Below, one piece after another: positions 54,151-64,000 of a stretch of DNA of 64,000 bases; position 1 is the stretch's first letter, and the number at the start of each line of letters is the position of its first letter. Under the pieces are notes generated by a model, which saw only the letters and a program-made list of their open reading frames with translations, was not told where the DNA came from and ran no database searches. The DNA is from an uncultured Gammaproteobacteria bacterium. GTDB lineage: Bacteria > Patescibacteriota > Patescibacteriia > UBA1558 > GWA2-36-10. The stretch is from contig CAZRZA010000002.1 in assembly GCA_964604515.1 (NCBI GenBank), positions 1,607 to 65,606 of the forward strand, written 5' to 3'. Position numbers and translations under genes: made by a program.

Positions 54151-54226
54151 TGGTAGCGGGGGTCGGACTTGAACCGACGACCTCCAGGTTATGGGCCTGG
54201 CGAGCTGCCAACTGCTCTACCCCGCG
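54151..54226 (-). tRNA. Initiator tRNA-fMet(CAT)
   Basis: CGCGGGG 5' end with C1:U72 mismatch, anticodon CAT, CCA; own TTGTCA-17-TATACT promoter. Confidence 0.92.
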
Positions 54227-54277
54227 TCATGTGATGATGTCTAGTATATGTTAAAATTATATATTTGACAAGCCTAA

Positions 54278-54354
54278 TGGTAGCAGGGGCGAGAATTGAA
54301 CTCGCGACCTCAGGCTTATGAGTCCTGCGCTCTAACCAACTGAGCTACCCTGCC
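54278..54354 (-). tRNA. tRNA with CAT anticodon, probably elongator Met (Ile2 not excluded)
   Basis: GGCAGGG acceptor stem, loop CTCATAA, CCA. Confidence 0.88.
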
Positions 54355-54362
54355 AAATGCAT

Positions 54363-54449
54363 TGGTACCGAAGGAGGGAGTCGAACCCACACCCTCTTGC
54401 GAGGACTGGATTTTGAATCCAGCGCGTCTACCAATTTCGCCACTTCGGC
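54363..54449 (-). tRNA. tRNA-Leu(CAA)
   Basis: GCCGAAG acceptor stem, loop TTCAAAA, long variable arm, CCA. Confidence 0.96.
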
Positions 54450-54572
54450 ATACCAGACAAAGACTATTTTACAATATAATAGCAATATAGTCAATATTAT
54501 TAATTGACAAATGTATATAGCGGTGTATAATAATTTATTAGTTTTTGTACATTAAAAAAAGGAGAAGAGAAA

Positions 54573-54809
54573 ATGGAAAAAGAAAGAAACCCAGGAACCT
54601 TTGGTAATCGTTGTAGGCGTTGCGGTAGTTTTTTAGATGAAGGCGGTGTTTGTCAATGCTATGATCATGAAGAGGGTTGTCCTTTAATGCCAGATAGTGC
54701 ATTTTACAGAAAAATAAATTCAAGAGTAATAAAAAGAATTTGCTCTATTTGTAATGGTAAGCCATGCATTTGCAGTGTTTTAAAAGGAACTGGAATTTCA
54801 TTAAGCTAA
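54573..54809 (+). CDS. Small Cys-rich putative zinc-binding protein (stand-alone SD-led unit)
   Basis: CRRC..CQC..C and CSIC..CIC; TTGACA-16-TATAAT, GTACATT, AAGGAGA SD, terminator 54815-54844. Confidence 0.78.
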   Translation: MEKERNPGTFGNRCRRCGSFLDEGGVCQCYDHEEGCPLMPDSAFYRKINSRVIKRICSICNGKPCICSVLKGTGISLS

Positions 54810-54909
54810 ATAATAAAGGTCTTTATAATAATAGAGGCCTTTTTAATTTTAAAACTTTATTTATTTAGATATTTTTGTTATTATTATAATAGTTTAAATA
54901 ATAAAAAAT

Positions 54910-55983
54910 ATGAATATTTTAGAAACATTTTCTCAGTTTAATTTAGGTTCTAATACAGGCTTAGATTATTTTTATGCTTTTTTAATTTTTTTAGCTAGTT
55001 TAATGGTTTTAAAGATTTTTCAAATCATAATATTAAATAGATTGTCTAAGCTAGCTCAGAAAACTAAAACAGATTTAGATGATGCTTTAATAGGTACCTT
55101 TAGAGATATTAGGCCTCCTTTTTATTTTTTAATATCTTTATATTTAAGTGTTAAAAGCTTAATACTTCCTCTTTTACTTTTAAAGATATTAAAAGTATTG
55201 CTTATTGTAGTTGTTGTCTATGAAGTAATTAGAGCCATAGAAAAGGTTTTAGATTATTTAATTAATTTATACTTTTCTAAAAAAGACAATAAAGACATTT
55301 CAATACATAGTAAAGCGATGATTAAAACTCTCCAAGGCATTATCAAGGCTTTTCTTTGGTTAATTGGTATAATTTTAATTTTATCTAATTTAGGTATTAA
55401 TATTACATCTTTAGTAGCTAGCTTAGGTATTGGTGGTATCGCTATTGCCTTAGCATTAAAGAATATTATTAGTGATATTCTTTCTTCTTTCTCTATTTAT
55501 ATAGACAAACCATTTGAAGTAGGTGATTTTATTGCTTTAGGGACAGATAAAGGAACTGTAGAAAAGATAGGATTAAAGAGTACTAGAATAAAAACACCTC
55601 AGGGTGAAGAGTTGGTAATACCTAATCAAGAATTAACTTCTGTTAGGGTTCAGAACTTTAGAAAAATGAAAGAGAGAAGAGCTTCTTTTAATTTAGGTGT
55701 TGTTTATGGTACTTCACAAATGAAATTAAAATCTATACCAAGAATTATTAAAGAAATAATAAAGAAAGAGAAATTAGCTAAATTTGATCGTTGTTATTTT
55801 ACTACCTTTGGAGACTTCTCTCTAATATATGAAGTTGTTTTTTATATTAATAGTAGGGAGTATGTAGATTTTTTAAAAACTAAACATAAAATTAATTTAG
55901 AAATATATAAACAATTTGAAAAAGAAGGGATAGAATTTGCTTATCCAACGCAAACATTAGTAGTTGATAAAGTAAATGACTAA
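54910..55983 (+). CDS. mscS: Small-conductance mechanosensitive channel family protein
   Basis: SLGIGGIAIALA, DKPFEVGD, IGLKSTRI, IPN, GIEFAYPT. Confidence 0.92.
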   Translation: MNILETFSQFNLGSNTGLDYFYAFLIFLASLMVLKIFQIIILNRLSKLAQKTKTDLDDALIGTFRDIRPPFYFLISLYLSVKSLILPLLLLKILKVLLIVVVVYEVIRAIEKVLDYLINLYFSKKDNKDISIHSKAMIKTLQGIIKAFLWLIGIILILSNLGINITSLVASLGIGGIAIALALKNIISDILSSFSIYIDKPFEVGDFIALGTDKGTVEKIGLKSTRIKTPQGEELVIPNQELTSVRVQNFRKMKERRASFNLGVVYGTSQMKLKSIPRIIKEIIKKEKLAKFDRCYFTTFGDFSLIYEVVFYINSREYVDFLKTKHKINLEIYKQFEKEGIEFAYPTQTLVVDKVND

Positions 55984-56746
55984 AATTTTATCTTTAAATG
56001 TAAATGGAATAAGAGCTGCAGAGAGAAAAGGTTTTTTGTCTTGGTTAAATGAAGAATCCCCAGATATTATTTGCTTACAAGAAACTAAAGTTCATGATCC
56101 AGAAATATTAAGCGAAGAACTATTACAGCCAAATGGTTATAATGCTTTTTGGTCTTGTGCTACAGAGAGAAAAGGGTATAGTGGGGTGGTTATATATTCT
56201 AAGAAAAAACCCTTAAGCATTAAAACTAGTTTTGGTAATAGTATACTTTCTAAAGAAGGAAGAATGATTTTAGCAGAATATGATAAATACTACTTAATTA
56301 ACTTATATTTTCCTAATGGAGGCATGAGTCAAGCTCGAGCAGATTATAAATTAGAATTTTACAGACTATTCCTTAATTATATAAAAAAATTAGACAAGAA
56401 AAAACCTATTATCTTTTGTGGTGATATTAATACTGCTCATCAAGAAATAGACTTAGCAAGACCAAAAGAAAATAGCAAACATACAGGATTCTTACCCATA
56501 GAAAGAGAGTGGTTGTCTAAGTGGATAGCTACTGGATTTTTAGATACTTTTCGTATCTTACATCCTCAGGATAAAGAGGAATATTCTTGGTGGGATATGA
56601 AGACCAGAGCTCGAGAAAGAAATATTGGTTGGCGTATTGATTATTTTTTTATTAGCAAAAGATTAGAAAAGAACTTAAAAGAAGCTTTTATAATGCAAGA
56701 TGTAATAGGCTCTGATCATTGTCCAGTAGGCATAATATTAAAATAA
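55976..56746 (+). CDS. xth: Exodeoxyribonuclease III
   Basis: NVNGIRA, LQETK, GDINTAH, GWRIDY, SDHCP. Confidence 0.95.
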   Translation: MTKILSLNVNGIRAAERKGFLSWLNEESPDIICLQETKVHDPEILSEELLQPNGYNAFWSCATERKGYSGVVIYSKKKPLSIKTSFGNSILSKEGRMILAEYDKYYLINLYFPNGGMSQARADYKLEFYRLFLNYIKKLDKKKPIIFCGDINTAHQEIDLARPKENSKHTGFLPIEREWLSKWIATGFLDTFRILHPQDKEEYSWWDMKTRARERNIGWRIDYFFISKRLEKNLKEAFIMQDVIGSDHCPVGIILK

Positions 56747-56749
56747 TTT

Positions 56750-57949
56750 ATGAAAAAATACCTATTAATTATATTATCAATAGTAATAATTAGTATTCCT
56801 ATATATTTAAAGCCCTGGGCATCAGAAGAGAAAGAAGTAGATGTAATGGCTGAAGCATTAGATAGAGAAATTATTTTAGAAATTAAAGCAGGGGACACCT
56901 TCTCTTCTTTAACAGCTCAAGCTGGTTTGAGTCATGAATTAATGTCAGAATTATTATTAGCTAGTACAGATATTTATAATTTAGCTACTATTAGGGTTGG
57001 CAAAGAAATAATATTTATTTTTGATGCTTTTAATGAAGAATTTAAAAAATTAATTTATCCTATTGATACAGAAGAAGAATTGTATATTTATAAGGATAAA
57101 TTAGGCGAATATTTAGCAGAAAGAGAAGAGATAGAATATGAAATTAGATTAAAAACTGTAGAGGGTAGTATAGAAACCTCTTTATATGAATCAGCTTTAG
57201 AACAGGAAGTAGATATTAGAGCTATTATTGCTTTAGCAGATGTTTTTGCTTGGACCATTGACTTTGGCATGGGCATTAGAAAGGGTGATACTTATAAATT
57301 TATTTTTGAAGAAAGATATAGAGAAGGAGAGTATATAATGCCTGGCAAAATAATAGCTGCTCGTTTTTTAAATGATAATAAATTAATAGAAGGATACTAT
57401 TTTCAGGAAGGATTAGATGACAATGATAAATTAATAGAAGGCTATTATGATCCCGAAGGAGCTTCTTTACAAAAAATATTCTTAAAGAATCCAGTTAATT
57501 TTAAATACATTAGCTCAGGATACACTACTGGCCGAAGATATATATCTGCCTTTAATGTTAGCACTGGACATAGAGCAATAGATTACGCTGCTAATTATGG
57601 CACACCAATTAGAGCGGTTGGAAACGGCACCATTACTTCAGCTGGGTGGAATACCCAGGGCTATGGTAATTTAATAAGTATTAGGCATAATAGTGTTTAT
57701 AGTACAAATTATGCTCATTTAAGCAAGGTTTATGTTAATTATGGTCAAAGTATTGAGCAGGGACAGATAATTGGCACTGTTGGCTCAACAGGCTTTTCTA
57801 CTGGCCCTCATTTACACTTTGAAATGGTAAAGAATGGTACTAAAATTAATCCTAGTACTGTAGACTTACCATCTGACAAATCAATTTCTGAAGAAAAGAT
57901 GATAGAATTTAAAAAAGTAATTAAGAAATGGGAAAAAGAATTGGAATAA
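56750..57949 (+). CDS. M23 family peptidoglycan DD-endopeptidase (MepM-like)
   Basis: N-terminal TM, HRAIDYA, YAHL, STGPHLHFE. Confidence 0.9.
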   Translation: MKKYLLIILSIVIISIPIYLKPWASEEKEVDVMAEALDREIILEIKAGDTFSSLTAQAGLSHELMSELLLASTDIYNLATIRVGKEIIFIFDAFNEEFKKLIYPIDTEEELYIYKDKLGEYLAEREEIEYEIRLKTVEGSIETSLYESALEQEVDIRAIIALADVFAWTIDFGMGIRKGDTYKFIFEERYREGEYIMPGKIIAARFLNDNKLIEGYYFQEGLDDNDKLIEGYYDPEGASLQKIFLKNPVNFKYISSGYTTGRRYISAFNVSTGHRAIDYAANYGTPIRAVGNGTITSAGWNTQGYGNLISIRHNSVYSTNYAHLSKVYVNYGQSIEQGQIIGTVGSTGFSTGPHLHFEMVKNGTKINPSTVDLPSDKSISEEKMIEFKKVIKKWEKELE

Positions 57950-57950
57950 T

Positions 57951-58223
57951 ATGAAATATAGAATAAAACCTTTTCCTAAAAAAAGAGAATTGAGGTTTAA
58001 AAAAGAGAAAGAAATTAAAAAGAATGAATCGCATTTTAATTTTAGACGCCAACAATATACCCTATCATATCGTTTAAGGGGTTTGGCGTTTGGTTTAATT
58101 ATAGCTGGTATTTGGTATTATTTTTTCTTAGAACATTGGTCTTCTTATATTTTAATTATTCCTCCTATTTTTGGATATTTCCTAGGCTATTTAACGGGTA
58201 ATTTTTTATATACTAAAAAATAA
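57951..58223 (+). CDS. Small two-TM membrane protein
   Basis: 1 nt after previous stop; basic N-terminus, two hydrophobic helices. Confidence 0.7.
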   Translation: MKYRIKPFPKKRELRFKKEKEIKKNESHFNFRRQQYTLSYRLRGLAFGLIIAGIWYYFFLEHWSSYILIIPPIFGYFLGYLTGNFLYTKK

Positions 58224-58267
58224 TAAACTTCTTGTTTATCTTTCTTTTATTATGTATAATAGAATAG

Positions 58268-59032
58268 ATGTCTAGAATAATTTCTATAGTTAATCAAAAG
58301 GGTGGCGTAGGTAAAACTACTACTACTATAAATTTAGCGTCTTGGCTAGCAGAATTAGGCAAGCGTATTTTAATTATTGACATAGATCCTCAAGGCAACG
58401 CTTCTTCTGGACTAGGCATTGATCATCATAATCTTCAGAGGGGATTATATGAGGTATTATTAGATGATAATATAAGGATTAGAGAAGTAATTAAAGCTTA
58501 TAAACCTAATTTCCATATTTTACCAGCAACTGCTGATTTAGCAGGAGCTAGTATAGAATTAGTAGAAAAAGAAAATAGAGAATTTAGATTAAAAGAAGAA
58601 TTAAATCAAATAGATAATCTTTATGATTTTATTTTAATAGATAATCCTCCTTCCTTAGGACTGTTAACTATCAATGGTTTAACAGCTGCACAAGAGGTAT
58701 TGATACCTGTGCAATGCGAGTATTATGCTTTAGAAGGGTTATCACAGTTATTAAGTACAATTAATTTAATAAAAGAACATTTACACCCGGATTTAAAAAT
58801 ATTAGGAGCTATTATGACTATGTATGATAATCGTAATAAGTTATCTGCCGCAGTATTTCAAGAGCTATACCAACATTTTCCTCATAAAGTTTTTCGAACA
58901 GTAATACCTCGTAATGTCACTTTAGCAGAAGCTCCTTCTCATGGTTTGCCGGTTAAAGATTATGATGCTAATTCTGCAGGAGCTAGGGCTTATCGTCGCT
59001 TAGCACAAGAAATTATTTTAGAAAACAATTAA
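58268..59032 (+). CDS. parA: Chromosome partition ATPase ParA/Soj
   Basis: NQKGGVGKTT, DIDPQGNAS, PVQCEYYALEG, LAEAPS. Confidence 0.96.
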   Translation: MSRIISIVNQKGGVGKTTTTINLASWLAELGKRILIIDIDPQGNASSGLGIDHHNLQRGLYEVLLDDNIRIREVIKAYKPNFHILPATADLAGASIELVEKENREFRLKEELNQIDNLYDFILIDNPPSLGLLTINGLTAAQEVLIPVQCEYYALEGLSQLLSTINLIKEHLHPDLKILGAIMTMYDNRNKLSAAVFQELYQHFPHKVFRTVIPRNVTLAEAPSHGLPVKDYDANSAGARAYRRLAQEIILENN

Positions 59033-59043
59033 AATAAAAATAT

Positions 59044-59895
59044 ATGTCAACTTTAGGAAAAGGTTTAGGGTCTCTAATACCTAATAAAGTAAATAAAGAA
59101 GAAAAAAAAATAAACAATGATTTAGATTCAGAGCACAGAATTGTTTATTTACCTTTAGAAGAAATAGATATTAACCCTTATCAACCTCGTTCTCATTTTG
59201 ATAAAGAAAAATTAGATGAATTAGCAGAGTCGATTAAGAAACATGGTATATTACAACCAATAGTAGTTTCTAAGGTTAATAATAATTATGAATTAATAGC
59301 GGGAGAAAGAAGATTAAGAGCAGCTAAACTTTTAAACTTAGAAGAAGTTCCAGTAATAGTTAGAGAGGTGTCAGATAGGGATAAATTAGAATTATCTATT
59401 ATTGAAAATATTCAAAGACAGAATTTAAATCCAGTTGAAGAAGGAAAAAGCTATCAAAGATTAATGGAAGAATTTGGTTTAACTCAAGAAGAAATAGCTA
59501 AACAAGTTGGTCGAGGAATATCTATTGTTTCTAGTAGTGTTCGTATTTTAAAATTACCAATTATTATTCAAGAGGCTTTATCTGCCAGACAATTGTCTCT
59601 TTCTCATGCTAAAATTATTTTAACTTATCCTAATAAGTTAGAACAAATCAAAATATTTAAAAAAATACTTAAAAATGATTTAAGTATTAGGCAATTAAAG
59701 AATATTTCTGGTAAAGAAATAGAAAAGATAAATGAAAAGAAAGCAAAAGACCCTATCATTACTTCTTGGGAAGATAAATTAACCAAAGCTTTAGGTTCTA
59801 AGGTTAAAATAAATAAAAAAAGAGAAAGAGGAGATATTAAAATTTCTTTTTTCTCTAATGAAGAATTAAAAAATATCTTAGATAAATTAGAATAA
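59044..59895 (+). CDS. parB: Chromosome partition protein ParB/Spo0J
   Basis: LGKGLGSLI, NPYQPR, IAGERRLRA, ENIQR. Confidence 0.96.
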   Translation: MSTLGKGLGSLIPNKVNKEEKKINNDLDSEHRIVYLPLEEIDINPYQPRSHFDKEKLDELAESIKKHGILQPIVVSKVNNNYELIAGERRLRAAKLLNLEEVPVIVREVSDRDKLELSIIENIQRQNLNPVEEGKSYQRLMEEFGLTQEEIAKQVGRGISIVSSSVRILKLPIIIQEALSARQLSLSHAKIILTYPNKLEQIKIFKKILKNDLSIRQLKNISGKEIEKINEKKAKDPIITSWEDKLTKALGSKVKINKKRERGDIKISFFSNEELKNILDKLE

Positions 59896-61338
59896 TCACC
59901 CTTCTTTCTTTAATTTAGCTAATTGACTTTTAATTTTGTCTTTAGCCATATGAGTGACAACCATATTTAACCAATCAGGATTTGGTTTTCTTCTATTTTT
60001 ATTTTTTAATATTTCTACAACATCTCCAGATCTCAAGGGAGTATTTAAAGAAGCTATTTGGTCATTTATTTTGGAACCAATACATTGATTACCGATATCA
60101 GTGTGAATATGATAAGCAAAGTCTAAGGGGCTAGCATTTTCTGGCAATTCAATAACATCTCCTTCGGGAGTAAAAACAAATATTTTATCTTTAAATAAAT
60201 CATTTTTAATATGCTTTAAGAACTCTTTATTATCAGTAATACTTCTTTGGATGTCTAAAAGATGTTTTATCCAAAGTGAAACTCTTTTTTGATCACCGAG
60301 AGTTTTTATTTCTTTATATCTGGTATGAGCTGCTATACCATATTCTGCTTCTTCATTCATTTCTTCTGTTCTTATTTGAAACTCTGCTATTTTACCAAAT
60401 TCTGTAAAAACAGAAGTATGCAAAGATTGATAACCATTAGGTTTTGGTTGAGCAATATAATCTTTAACCCTACCTTTTAAGGGTGTCCATTTTTTATGAA
60501 TAATACCTAAAACACTATAACAGTCTGGTATATCTTTAACTACTATTCTTAAGGCTATTAAATCATATACTTTATTAATATCTTTTCCTTTTCTAATTAG
60601 TTTTTGGTAAATGCTATATACTGTTTTTATTCTACCTATTAATTTAAAATCATTTATATTATTTTTAACCAAATCCTTTTGAATAATTTTCTTTATTTTT
60701 TCAATATACTTTATTTCACTTTTTAATCTATTCTGTATTAAATTATTAACCCATTTATATTCTTGAGGGTAAACATAAGGAAAAGAAAGGTCTTCTAATT
60801 TAGTTTTCATATCAAACATTCCCAATCTATTAGCAATAGGGGCTAATATTTCTAAAGTTTCCCTGGCTATTCTTTCTCTTTTATCTTCTCTTACTCCTTC
60901 TAAGGTTTCCATATTATGAAGACGGTCTGCTAATTTTATAATTATTACCCTTAAGTCTTTAGACATAGCTAAAAACATTTTTCTTAAACTTTCAGCATAT
61001 CTCTCAAAGCCTCTATACTTTAAAGCAGATAATTTAGTAACCCCTCTTACTAAATAATATATTTCTTTACCAAAATTATTCTTAATATCTTCTAAAGTAA
61101 AATCAGTATCCTCTGGCACATCATGTAATAAGCCAGCAGCAATAGAAGGGATATCCATTTTCATGCTAGCTAAGTTATAAGCAGTAGCTAAAGCATGATA
61201 AATATAATCTTCACCAGTTCTTCTTTTTTGTCCTTTATGGGCTTCAGAGGCAAAATGAAAAGCCTTGATAATAAGACGAGTATCTTTTTCAGGATAATTA
61301 GTAATTAATATTTTATTTAAATCTTCAAATGTAATCAT
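59896..61338 (-). CDS. rel: RelA/SpoT family (p)ppGpp synthetase/hydrolase, C-terminally short (HD-SYNTH-TGS)
   Basis: LLHDVPED, KLADRLHNM, KPNGYQSLH, EFQIRT, DFAYHIHT. Confidence 0.92.
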   Translation of the reverse strand: MITFEDLNKILITNYPEKDTRLIIKAFHFASEAHKGQKRRTGEDYIYHALATAYNLASMKMDIPSIAAGLLHDVPEDTDFTLEDIKNNFGKEIYYLVRGVTKLSALKYRGFERYAESLRKMFLAMSKDLRVIIIKLADRLHNMETLEGVREDKRERIARETLEILAPIANRLGMFDMKTKLEDLSFPYVYPQEYKWVNNLIQNRLKSEIKYIEKIKKIIQKDLVKNNINDFKLIGRIKTVYSIYQKLIRKGKDINKVYDLIALRIVVKDIPDCYSVLGIIHKKWTPLKGRVKDYIAQPKPNGYQSLHTSVFTEFGKIAEFQIRTEEMNEEAEYGIAAHTRYKEIKTLGDQKRVSLWIKHLLDIQRSITDNKEFLKHIKNDLFKDKIFVFTPEGDVIELPENASPLDFAYHIHTDIGNQCIGSKINDQIASLNTPLRSGDVVEILKNKNRRKPNPDWLNMVVTHMAKDKIKSQLAKLKKEG

Positions 61339-61410
61339 ATCTTTATATTAGTTTTATTTAAAAAGAAAATCAAGTCTTTTTAACTTGATTTCTTATTTTA
61401 ATCACTTTTT

Positions 61411-63597
61411 TTATTTAACAAAGTTACAACTTTCACATTTTATCTTATCTTGAGCAGCATGTAATAATAATTGTTTACATTCTGGACAGAGATCTCCAGT
61501 AGGTTTGGACCAAACAGCATGCTCACAGTCAGGGTAGGCATCACAAGCATAAAATGTTTTTCCAGCCCTAGTTCTTTTTTCAACAATATCACCTTTTTTA
61601 CACTGAGGACACTTTACTCCTAGGCTTTTACTTATATTTTGAGTTGTTTTACAATCTGGGTAATTAGAACAAGCTAGGAATTTTCCAAAACGACCTTGTT
61701 TCATAATCATAGCAGAGGAACATTTAGGACATTTTTCATCAATTTCTTCTGGTTCTTCTATTTTACCATCATCACCTAATGGTTTAGTATTTTTACAATC
61801 TGGATAATTAGAACAAGCTAGGAATTTTCCAAAACGACCTAATTTGATTATCATGCCACTTTGACATTTATCACAGATTTCGTCTGTTTTTTCTTCTGTG
61901 ATTTCTTTTTTGTCTAATTCTTTTTCTTTCATTTTTATATTTTTAATAAATGGTTTATAAAAGTTATTTAAAAGAGGTTGCCATTTTTCTTCACCAATAG
62001 CTACTTTATCTAAATCACCTTCTAATTTAGCTGTAAAGTTATAATCAACTATGTCCTTAAAATGTTCTTTTAATAAATTATTAACTATTTCTCCTATTTC
62101 TGTAGGGGCTAATCTTTTTTCTTCTTTCTCAACATATTTTCTAGCTATAATTGTTGCTATAGTAGGAGCATAAGTAGAAGGACGACCTATTTCTAGTTCT
62201 TCCATAGCCTTTACTAAACCAGCCTCTGAATATCTAGCCGGAGGAGCAGTGAAGTGTTGTAAGGCTTCTAAATTCTTTAATTTTAATTTATCATTTTCTT
62301 TTAATTCCGGCAAGACATTATCTTCTTTTTTAGAGTGGTAAATAGCTTGCCAACCTAAGAAGACCATTACTGATCCACTGGCTCTAAGAGTCCAAATAGT
62401 ATCTTTAGCCTCTATATCAACGGTTGTTGCTTCAGTTATGCTCTGAGTCATTTGAGAGGCCACAGCTCTTTGCCAAATTAGAGTATATACTTTCAATTGT
62501 TTAGGATCTAAATATTGAGCAAGACTTTCTGGATCATTCTGAGCTTCTGTTGGTCTAATAGCTTCATGAGCCTCTTGAGCTGTTTTACTTTTTTTCTTAA
62601 ATACTCTTCCTTTTTCTATGTATTCATTACCAAGTTTCTTTTCTATATAATTAGTAGCTTCATTAACAAAAGTGTCAGAGAGACTATAGGAGTCTGTTCT
62701 CATATAAGTTATTAAACCAGTATTACCTTTTTTTCCAATATTAAGACCTTCATATAATTGTTGAGCCAACATCATTGTTTGTTTAGCAGAATAGCCAAAC
62801 CTTCTATTAGCATCTTGTTGAAGGGTAGAGGTAATAAAAGGAGGTAAAGGAGATTTCTTTTGTTCGCGGGCTGTAATTTTATTAACAATTAAATCTGTTT
62901 CTTTAATTTCTTTAGTAGCTTTATTTGCTTCTTTGTCTTGCAAGTCAAATTTAGCTATTTTCTTATTATTTTTAGAATGTAAATGAACTTTAAATTCCTC
63001 TCCCTTTTTAGCTAATCCCTCTACAGTCCAATATTCTTCTGGATTAAACTTTCTAATTTCTTTTTCTCTTTCGACAATTAAACGAACGGCGACAGACTGT
63101 ACTCGCCCCGCTGATAAACCTCTGGCTACTTTTTTCCATAATAAGGGAGATAATTTATAGCCCACTAAACGATCTAAGGCTCTTCTAGCTTGTTGAGCAT
63201 CTACTAAGTCTATATTTAATTCTCGGGGATTATTAATAGCTTCTAAAATAGCCTTTTTAGTAATTTCATGAAAAACAATTCTCTTAGATTTTTTATCGGA
63301 AGCATTTAATAATATTTTTAAATGCCAAGAAATAGCCTCTCCTTCTCTGTCTTCATCAGTAGCAAAATAAATTGTTTCTGCTTTCTTAGCTAATTCCTTT
63401 AATTTCTTAACTACTTTAGCAGCTTTAACTGGTACTTCATAACTTAATTCATAATTATTATCAACATCAATGCCTAATTTACTTTTTGGTAAATCTCTAA
63501 TATGACCAAAAGAAGACTCTACTTTATAGTCTTTTCCTAAAAATCCTTTAATTGTTTTGGCTTTAGTAGGTGATTCTACTATTACTAAATTTTTCAT
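61411..63597 (-). CDS. topA: DNA topoisomerase I with C-terminal zinc ribbons
   Basis: IVESPTKAK, DEDREGE, SAGRVQS, LITYMRTD, GRFGKFLACSNYPDC repeats. Confidence 0.97.
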   Translation of the reverse strand: MKNLVIVESPTKAKTIKGFLGKDYKVESSFGHIRDLPKSKLGIDVDNNYELSYEVPVKAAKVVKKLKELAKKAETIYFATDEDREGEAISWHLKILLNASDKKSKRIVFHEITKKAILEAINNPRELNIDLVDAQQARRALDRLVGYKLSPLLWKKVARGLSAGRVQSVAVRLIVEREKEIRKFNPEEYWTVEGLAKKGEEFKVHLHSKNNKKIAKFDLQDKEANKATKEIKETDLIVNKITAREQKKSPLPPFITSTLQQDANRRFGYSAKQTMMLAQQLYEGLNIGKKGNTGLITYMRTDSYSLSDTFVNEATNYIEKKLGNEYIEKGRVFKKKSKTAQEAHEAIRPTEAQNDPESLAQYLDPKQLKVYTLIWQRAVASQMTQSITEATTVDIEAKDTIWTLRASGSVMVFLGWQAIYHSKKEDNVLPELKENDKLKLKNLEALQHFTAPPARYSEAGLVKAMEELEIGRPSTYAPTIATIIARKYVEKEEKRLAPTEIGEIVNNLLKEHFKDIVDYNFTAKLEGDLDKVAIGEEKWQPLLNNFYKPFIKNIKMKEKELDKKEITEEKTDEICDKCQSGMIIKLGRFGKFLACSNYPDCKNTKPLGDDGKIEEPEEIDEKCPKCSSAMIMKQGRFGKFLACSNYPDCKTTQNISKSLGVKCPQCKKGDIVEKRTRAGKTFYACDAYPDCEHAVWSKPTGDLCPECKQLLLHAAQDKIKCESCNFVK

Positions 63598-63651
63598 AAT
63601 TTACTTTTAAACGATTTTGACTATACAAGATACTAGTTGATTTGTCAATTC

Positions 63652-64000
63652 TTACTTTTTTAATATTATTTTCTGAGCACCTTCTTTTATTAAGCTATTA
63701 GGGCCTTTACTTAATTCCCTTTTAGTTGTATCTTCCAAAGCATAAACTTCTCTGCCCTCTTCTAAGGCTACTTGAGCAGTAATTAATGTTCCAGATTTTA
63801 ATGTTCCAGAAATAACTATTATTATTTCTGAGAGACCAGCTAATATTCTATTTCTTTGGGGGAAGGTATATTTGCTAGGTTTAGTATTTTGACTATATTC
63901 AGAAAGTAATAGACCGTTATTATTAATAATATCTTGGGCTAATTTTATATTTACTTTAGGGTATATTTGATCTAATCCAGAGCCAAGAACAGCGATAGTA
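63652..64000 (-). CDS. dprA: DNA-processing protein DprA, 3' part (5' end outside window)
   Basis: IAVLGSGLD.IYP, FPQRNRILAGLS, SGTLITAQVALEEGREVYA, GPNSLIKEGA; usual dprA-topA synteny. Confidence 0.92.
   Translation of the reverse strand, partial: TIAVLGSGLDQIYPKVNIKLAQDIINNNGLLLSEYSQNTKPSKYTFPQRNRILAGLSEIIIVISGTLKSGTLITAQVALEEGREVYALEDTTKRELSKGPNSLIKEGAQKIILKK

Noticed and set aside
58224-59900. parS site near parAB
   Set aside because: No match to TGTTTCACGTGAAACA seen by eye
61660-61840. Near-identical DNA repeat within topA
   Set aside because: Ordinary duplicated C-terminal zinc-ribbon domains of TopA

Overview
Very AT-rich bacterial chromosomal segment using genetic code 11. Gene content and style (compact housekeeping set, short Rel, Elp3, CxxC-x17-CxxC protein, SD-less or leaderless core genes) suggest a Patescibacteria/CPR (Parcubacteria-like) genome; this is inference. 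Most of the window is housekeeping: rpsA, gyrA, ruvB, ychF, pcrA, copA, folD/glyA, elp3, manB, murI, ldhA, trpS, rnj, secG, uvrA, groES/EL with a perfect CIRCE, pyk, dnaG/rpoD, typA, mscS, xth, parAB, rel, topA, partial dprA and five tRNAs. No integrase, transposase, CRISPR or rRNA was seen. Highlights: (1) a dispersed class of stand-alone units sharing promoter + boxA-like GTWCATT + strong SD + orphan ORF + terminator, with the motif also in the rpsA leader and in two tandem non-coding units, one carrying an anti-SD; (2) three proteins with a conserved KISTETKLLLS leader and unrelated C-terminal domains around a membrane-anchored Clp-like AAA+ domain lacking its P-loop; (3) a surface protein with a G9 promoter tract and a T8 frameshift; (4) an Elp3/Trm9-like head-to-head pair; (5) an atypical initiator tRNA and a gene apparently needing a non-canonical start codon.
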